64,000 nucleotides of DNA from Octopus bimaculoides (taxonomy: Eukaryota), in assembly GCF_001194135.2 (NCBI RefSeq), contig NC_069006.1, forward strand, positions 16,784,523 to 16,848,522, read 5' to 3'. Of this stretch, positions 61,517-64,000 are shown piece by piece. The position numbers and the translations under genes are program-made. The notes below the pieces were generated by a model. The model made no database searches and was not told the DNA's origin. It saw nothing but the letters and a program-made list of their open reading frames with translations. The first letter of the stretch is position 1; each line of letters starts with the position of its first letter.

Positions 61517-63240
61517 TAAAGGGTAAAGAACCCCCTTGGTCATGAATGACCATGGGATTACAACAAGAAAGTTACCCCCTGAAGCACAAGTCTGGGCAAA
61601 GTTGTTTATGGAAGACCAGCAGTCTCTCCTCTCCATGCCACCGATGTTATCCAAGGGAAAGGTAAACAATGATACAGCTTGGCACAAGTGATGTCGCAAC
61701 TCATTTCTATAGCTGAGTCAATTGGAGCAACATGAANNNNNNNNNNNNNNNNNNNNNNNNNNNNNNNNNNNNNNNNNNNNNNNNNNNNNNNNNNNNNNNN
61801 NNNNNNNNNNNNNNNNNNNNNNNNNNNNNNNNNNNNNNNNNNNNNNNNNNNNNNNNNNNNNNNNNNNNNNNNNNNNNNNNNNNNNNNNNNNNNNNNNNNN
61901 NNNNNNNNNNNNNNNNNNNNNNNNNNNNNNNNNNNNNNNNNNNNNNNNNNNNNNNNNNNNNNNNNNNNNNNNNNNNNNNNNNNNNNNNNNNNNNNNNNNN
62001 NNNNNNNNNNNNNNNNNNNNNNNNNNNNNNNNNNNNNNNNNNNNNNNNNNNNNNNNNNNNNNNNNNNNNNNNNNNNNNNNNNNNNNNNNNNNNNNNNNNN
62101 NNNNNNNNNNNNNNNNNNNNNNNNNNNNNNNNNNNNNNNNNNNNNNNNNNNNNNNNNNNNNNNNNNNNNNNNNNNNNNNNNNNNNNNNNNNNNNNNNNNN
62201 NNNNNNNNNNNNNNNNNNNNNNNNNNNNNNNNNNNNNNNNNNNNNNNNNNNNNNNNNNNNNNNNNNNNNNNNNNNNNNNNNNNNNNNNNNNNNNNNNNNN
62301 NNNNNNNNNNNNNNNNNNNNNNNNNNNNNNNNNNNNNNNTATAAACATACATACACACACGCATATAATAAGTATATACATTGAGTATCTGTGATTGATA
62401 CATTTTTATGATACTGGGAAGTCATATTTATCCGTACTTAAACATGGATATTCTGTTAGAACACACTATACTGCGATAGTTACCATAAGAGAAAGTCTGA
62501 TATTGGCTTTTGGTGCAAAATGCACTCTTGTTTATATAGCTAGCGGGGAGAAAAAACCCCACCATTTAAAGTGCCGAGACCACCAGATCATGTGATTTCT
62601 ACCACCCTTGGTTTTTCAGTGATAGATGCTCAAATGCTAGAAATAGCAGCAATTCATCTCCCTGCCAGTGATATATAGGAAAACAGTGCCAGAACAGGTG
62701 CTGTTGTTGTGATTAGCCACTGAGCTTGTTAAAAAATATATATCAGCAACACAGGTCTTGTCAATGGCAGATGCTCGACCACTAGAGATAACAGTGGTTC
62801 ATCTCCCAGCTGATGATATATAGAACTAACAGAACAGGCGCTGGTATTGTGATTAGCCAGTGAGCTTGTTAAAAAAATATTTACATGGTTGAACATGTCT
62901 GTTAGTGGGATATATTGGTGGTGGTGGTGGTGGTGAGTGTGATGGTGGAGATGTGGTGTTGGTATTTTGCAGAGCAGGGATGTGTGGATGCTTATGATAC
63001 CAGAGAGAACGCTTCATGGTGGTTACCTTCTGAGTAAGTGTTGTCGGCATCATTGAAGTCCGGTGAGGTCACACTTGAGGGATGAGAACCTGGTCCGTCA
63101 TACGGTTTCAGTCTTGTAGTAAGGCCCTCACCAGTTGCTGGCTGCATCTCAAACAAGTGTGCTCGTATATTCTTAGACATGGCTTCCATTGATGATATCA
63201 TGCTCTCCATTTGGTTGATATCCTTCTCAAAACTCTGAAT
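36483..63240 (-). CDS. Unidentified multi-exon gene, 5' end outside the window, roughly 1000 codons visible. Exons 5'->3': 63240-63027, (60486-60460 optional), 59785-59748, 59553-59454, 58607/58645-58487, 56526-56425, 55005-54093, 53644-53595, 52860-52734, 51068-51019, 46862-46694, 44695-44667, 44078-43808, 42943-42891, 41593-41491, 40535-40468, 37917-37707, 36862-36483 (stop)
   Basis: Open, GT-AG flanked exons with matching phases at every junction except 59454 to 58607/58645. The first visible exon looks coiled-coil-like (IQSFEKDINQMESMISSMEAMSKNIRAHL). Other features are RRPLPPP, a poly-E/D tract in the 913-nt exon, and a terminal exon ending PFPTKKVII*. No family was recognised. Confidence 0.75.
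38669..39024 (-). mobile_element. SINE family C
   Basis: Reverse complement of the 4682 and 46055 copies, with 14-bp TSD ACAGCAATATACAC. Confidence 0.9.
44720..45350. repeat. Degenerate minisatellite with units of about 30 bp
   Basis: Recurrent TTGGTTACAACTGAACTGTGATTGGGTTA-like units. Confidence 0.65.
46055..46434 (+). mobile_element. SINE family C, full length
   Basis: 13-bp TSD TATA(G/A)CCATGGCT and (CAA)n tail. Confidence 0.9.
47850..48415 (-). mobile_element. Penelope-like element 3' remnant
   Basis: LVLNSRSEIFSGCRH resembles the C-terminal LN.RSE..SKCRH motif of Penelope GIY-YIG ORFs. It is followed by an AT-rich UTR and a hammerhead-like core at 47891-47851. Confidence 0.65.
48751..49678 (-). 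mobile_element. Internally deleted mariner (Tc1/mariner) DNA transposon
   Basis: TIRs TTGGGTTATCCCATAAATAATG / CATTATTTATGGGATGACCCAA with TA on both sides. Transposase remnants NQNNASPHTAR and PYLPDIAPSDYHIFLSLQNHLDGK correspond to HDNARPH and YSPDLAPSDY. Confidence 0.9.
51892..52123 (+). mobile_element. tRNA-headed SINE family B, young copy. Older copies at about 7120-7270, 7720-7880, 26640-26850, 31270-31485, 33715-33930, 33945-34160, 43160-43385, 43480-43690 and 63490-63710
   Basis: 17-bp TSD ACACACATCTCTTCTAT (51875-51891 / 52124-52140). The body GAGTTCAAATTCCGCCGAGGTCGACTTTGCCTTTCATCCTTTCGGG resembles Nin/Deu-type SINE cores. Confidence 0.88.
52948..53455 (+). mobile_element. Possible LTR, PBS and gag start of a Gypsy-like element
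   Basis: TGTTG start, a GGCGATGAGGAT segment at about 53279 resembling TGGCGACGAG-type primer-binding sites, then MENLLAGLLELQKQ*EQQLKEQQQQ. Confidence 0.35.
55420..55900. repeat. Degenerate minisatellite with units of about 34 bp
   Basis: Recurrent CTATCTATCCAGTCAACATCTACACACTGTCTGT-like units. Confidence 0.7.
57487..57898 (-). mobile_element. SINE family A, young full-length copy
   Basis: Near-identical reverse complement of 16988-17383 and 42455-42854. Confidence 0.9.
58160..58440. repeat. (GAT/GGT)n trinucleotide microsatellite; a similar (CAT)n tract lies at 26040-26340
   Basis: Direct inspection; this repeat produces the spurious poly-H/D/M ORFs. Confidence 0.9.
60056..60215. repeat. 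160-bp element with perfect 31-bp inverted ends
   Basis: AATTATTTAAAATTATAATATAGGGTATCTA at 60056-60086, reverse complement at 60185-60215. Confidence 0.8.
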
Positions 63241-63416
63241 CTATTTATTTCATAGTTTTTTGTTTTTTTTTAATATTTTGTTGTTGTTATTTCAATGTCA
63301 CCATGACAATCAGGCCAGCATGAAACAAACAAAGAAAAAAAAAACCAGTAAGATATAACATCAATAACAAGAACAAGAACATTATGAATTATCAGTTACA
63401 AGGTTTATGTTAATGA

Positions 63417-63449
<33 letters not shown>

Positions 63450-64000
63450 GACAACAACAATGATGAGACACTATTACAATTAATATTTCTACTAATATTG
63501 GTTTCAAATTTTAGCACAAGACCAGCAGGGTTGGGGGAGGGACTTAGTTGATTACAGCAACCCCAGTATTCAACTGGTACTTATTTTATTGATCCAGAAA
63601 GGATGAAAGACAAAGTCGACCTTGGAGGAGTTTGAACTCAGAACATAGATCAAACGCCACTAAGCATTTTGTGTTCCATGCTAATGATTCTGCTTGCTTA
63701 CGACCTTAATAACAAAAACAACAACCCCAATCGAAAGATTACTCTCACCCCTATCACCCACGTAGGAAAATACAGTTTATAAATCAGGGATATTTTTTTA
63801 AACTTTTAATTTTTCTTTAAGAAACACTCAATACCCCCTCCACTTTCAAAAAACTAAAACCTCAAACTGTTTCACTTTCAACTGATGCTTCATGCATGCG
63901 TAGAATTCTACAGAAGTAGCAGATGTCAAAAATAATCTGACCATCACCAGAAATCTCGACATGCTAGAAACAACAGTTAAACGACATTATTTCTGGAAAA

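Overview
Repeat-rich animal genomic DNA, most likely an octopus. This is inferred from the tRNA-headed SINE families, RTE tails ending in (GAT)n and dense microsatellites. The window has five N gaps. Three spliced protein-coding genes were reconstructed by hand from GT-AG sites and phase continuity. (1) A minus-strand ZCWPW1/2-like histone reader (CDS exons about 17488 to 1791) whose CW zinc finger and PWWP domain are followed by an ARID DNA-binding domain. (2) A divergently transcribed, complete plus-strand C16orf89/UPF0764-like secreted protein (24184-33490, 377 aa). (3) The 3' part of a long, low-complexity, unidentified minus-strand gene (63240 to 36483) with several very small exons. The introns hold many SINEs, RTE LINE pieces, a mariner remnant, Gypsy remnants, TTAA-flanked MITEs, small palindromic elements and a Penelope-like remnant. 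Several intronic elements carry minimal hammerhead-ribozyme-like cores (CUGANGA-stem II-GAAA), including a tRNA-headed element bounded by inverted repeats. No rRNA, true tRNA or CRISPR array was seen. Most of the supplied six-frame ORFs are microsatellite, SINE or N-gap artefacts.
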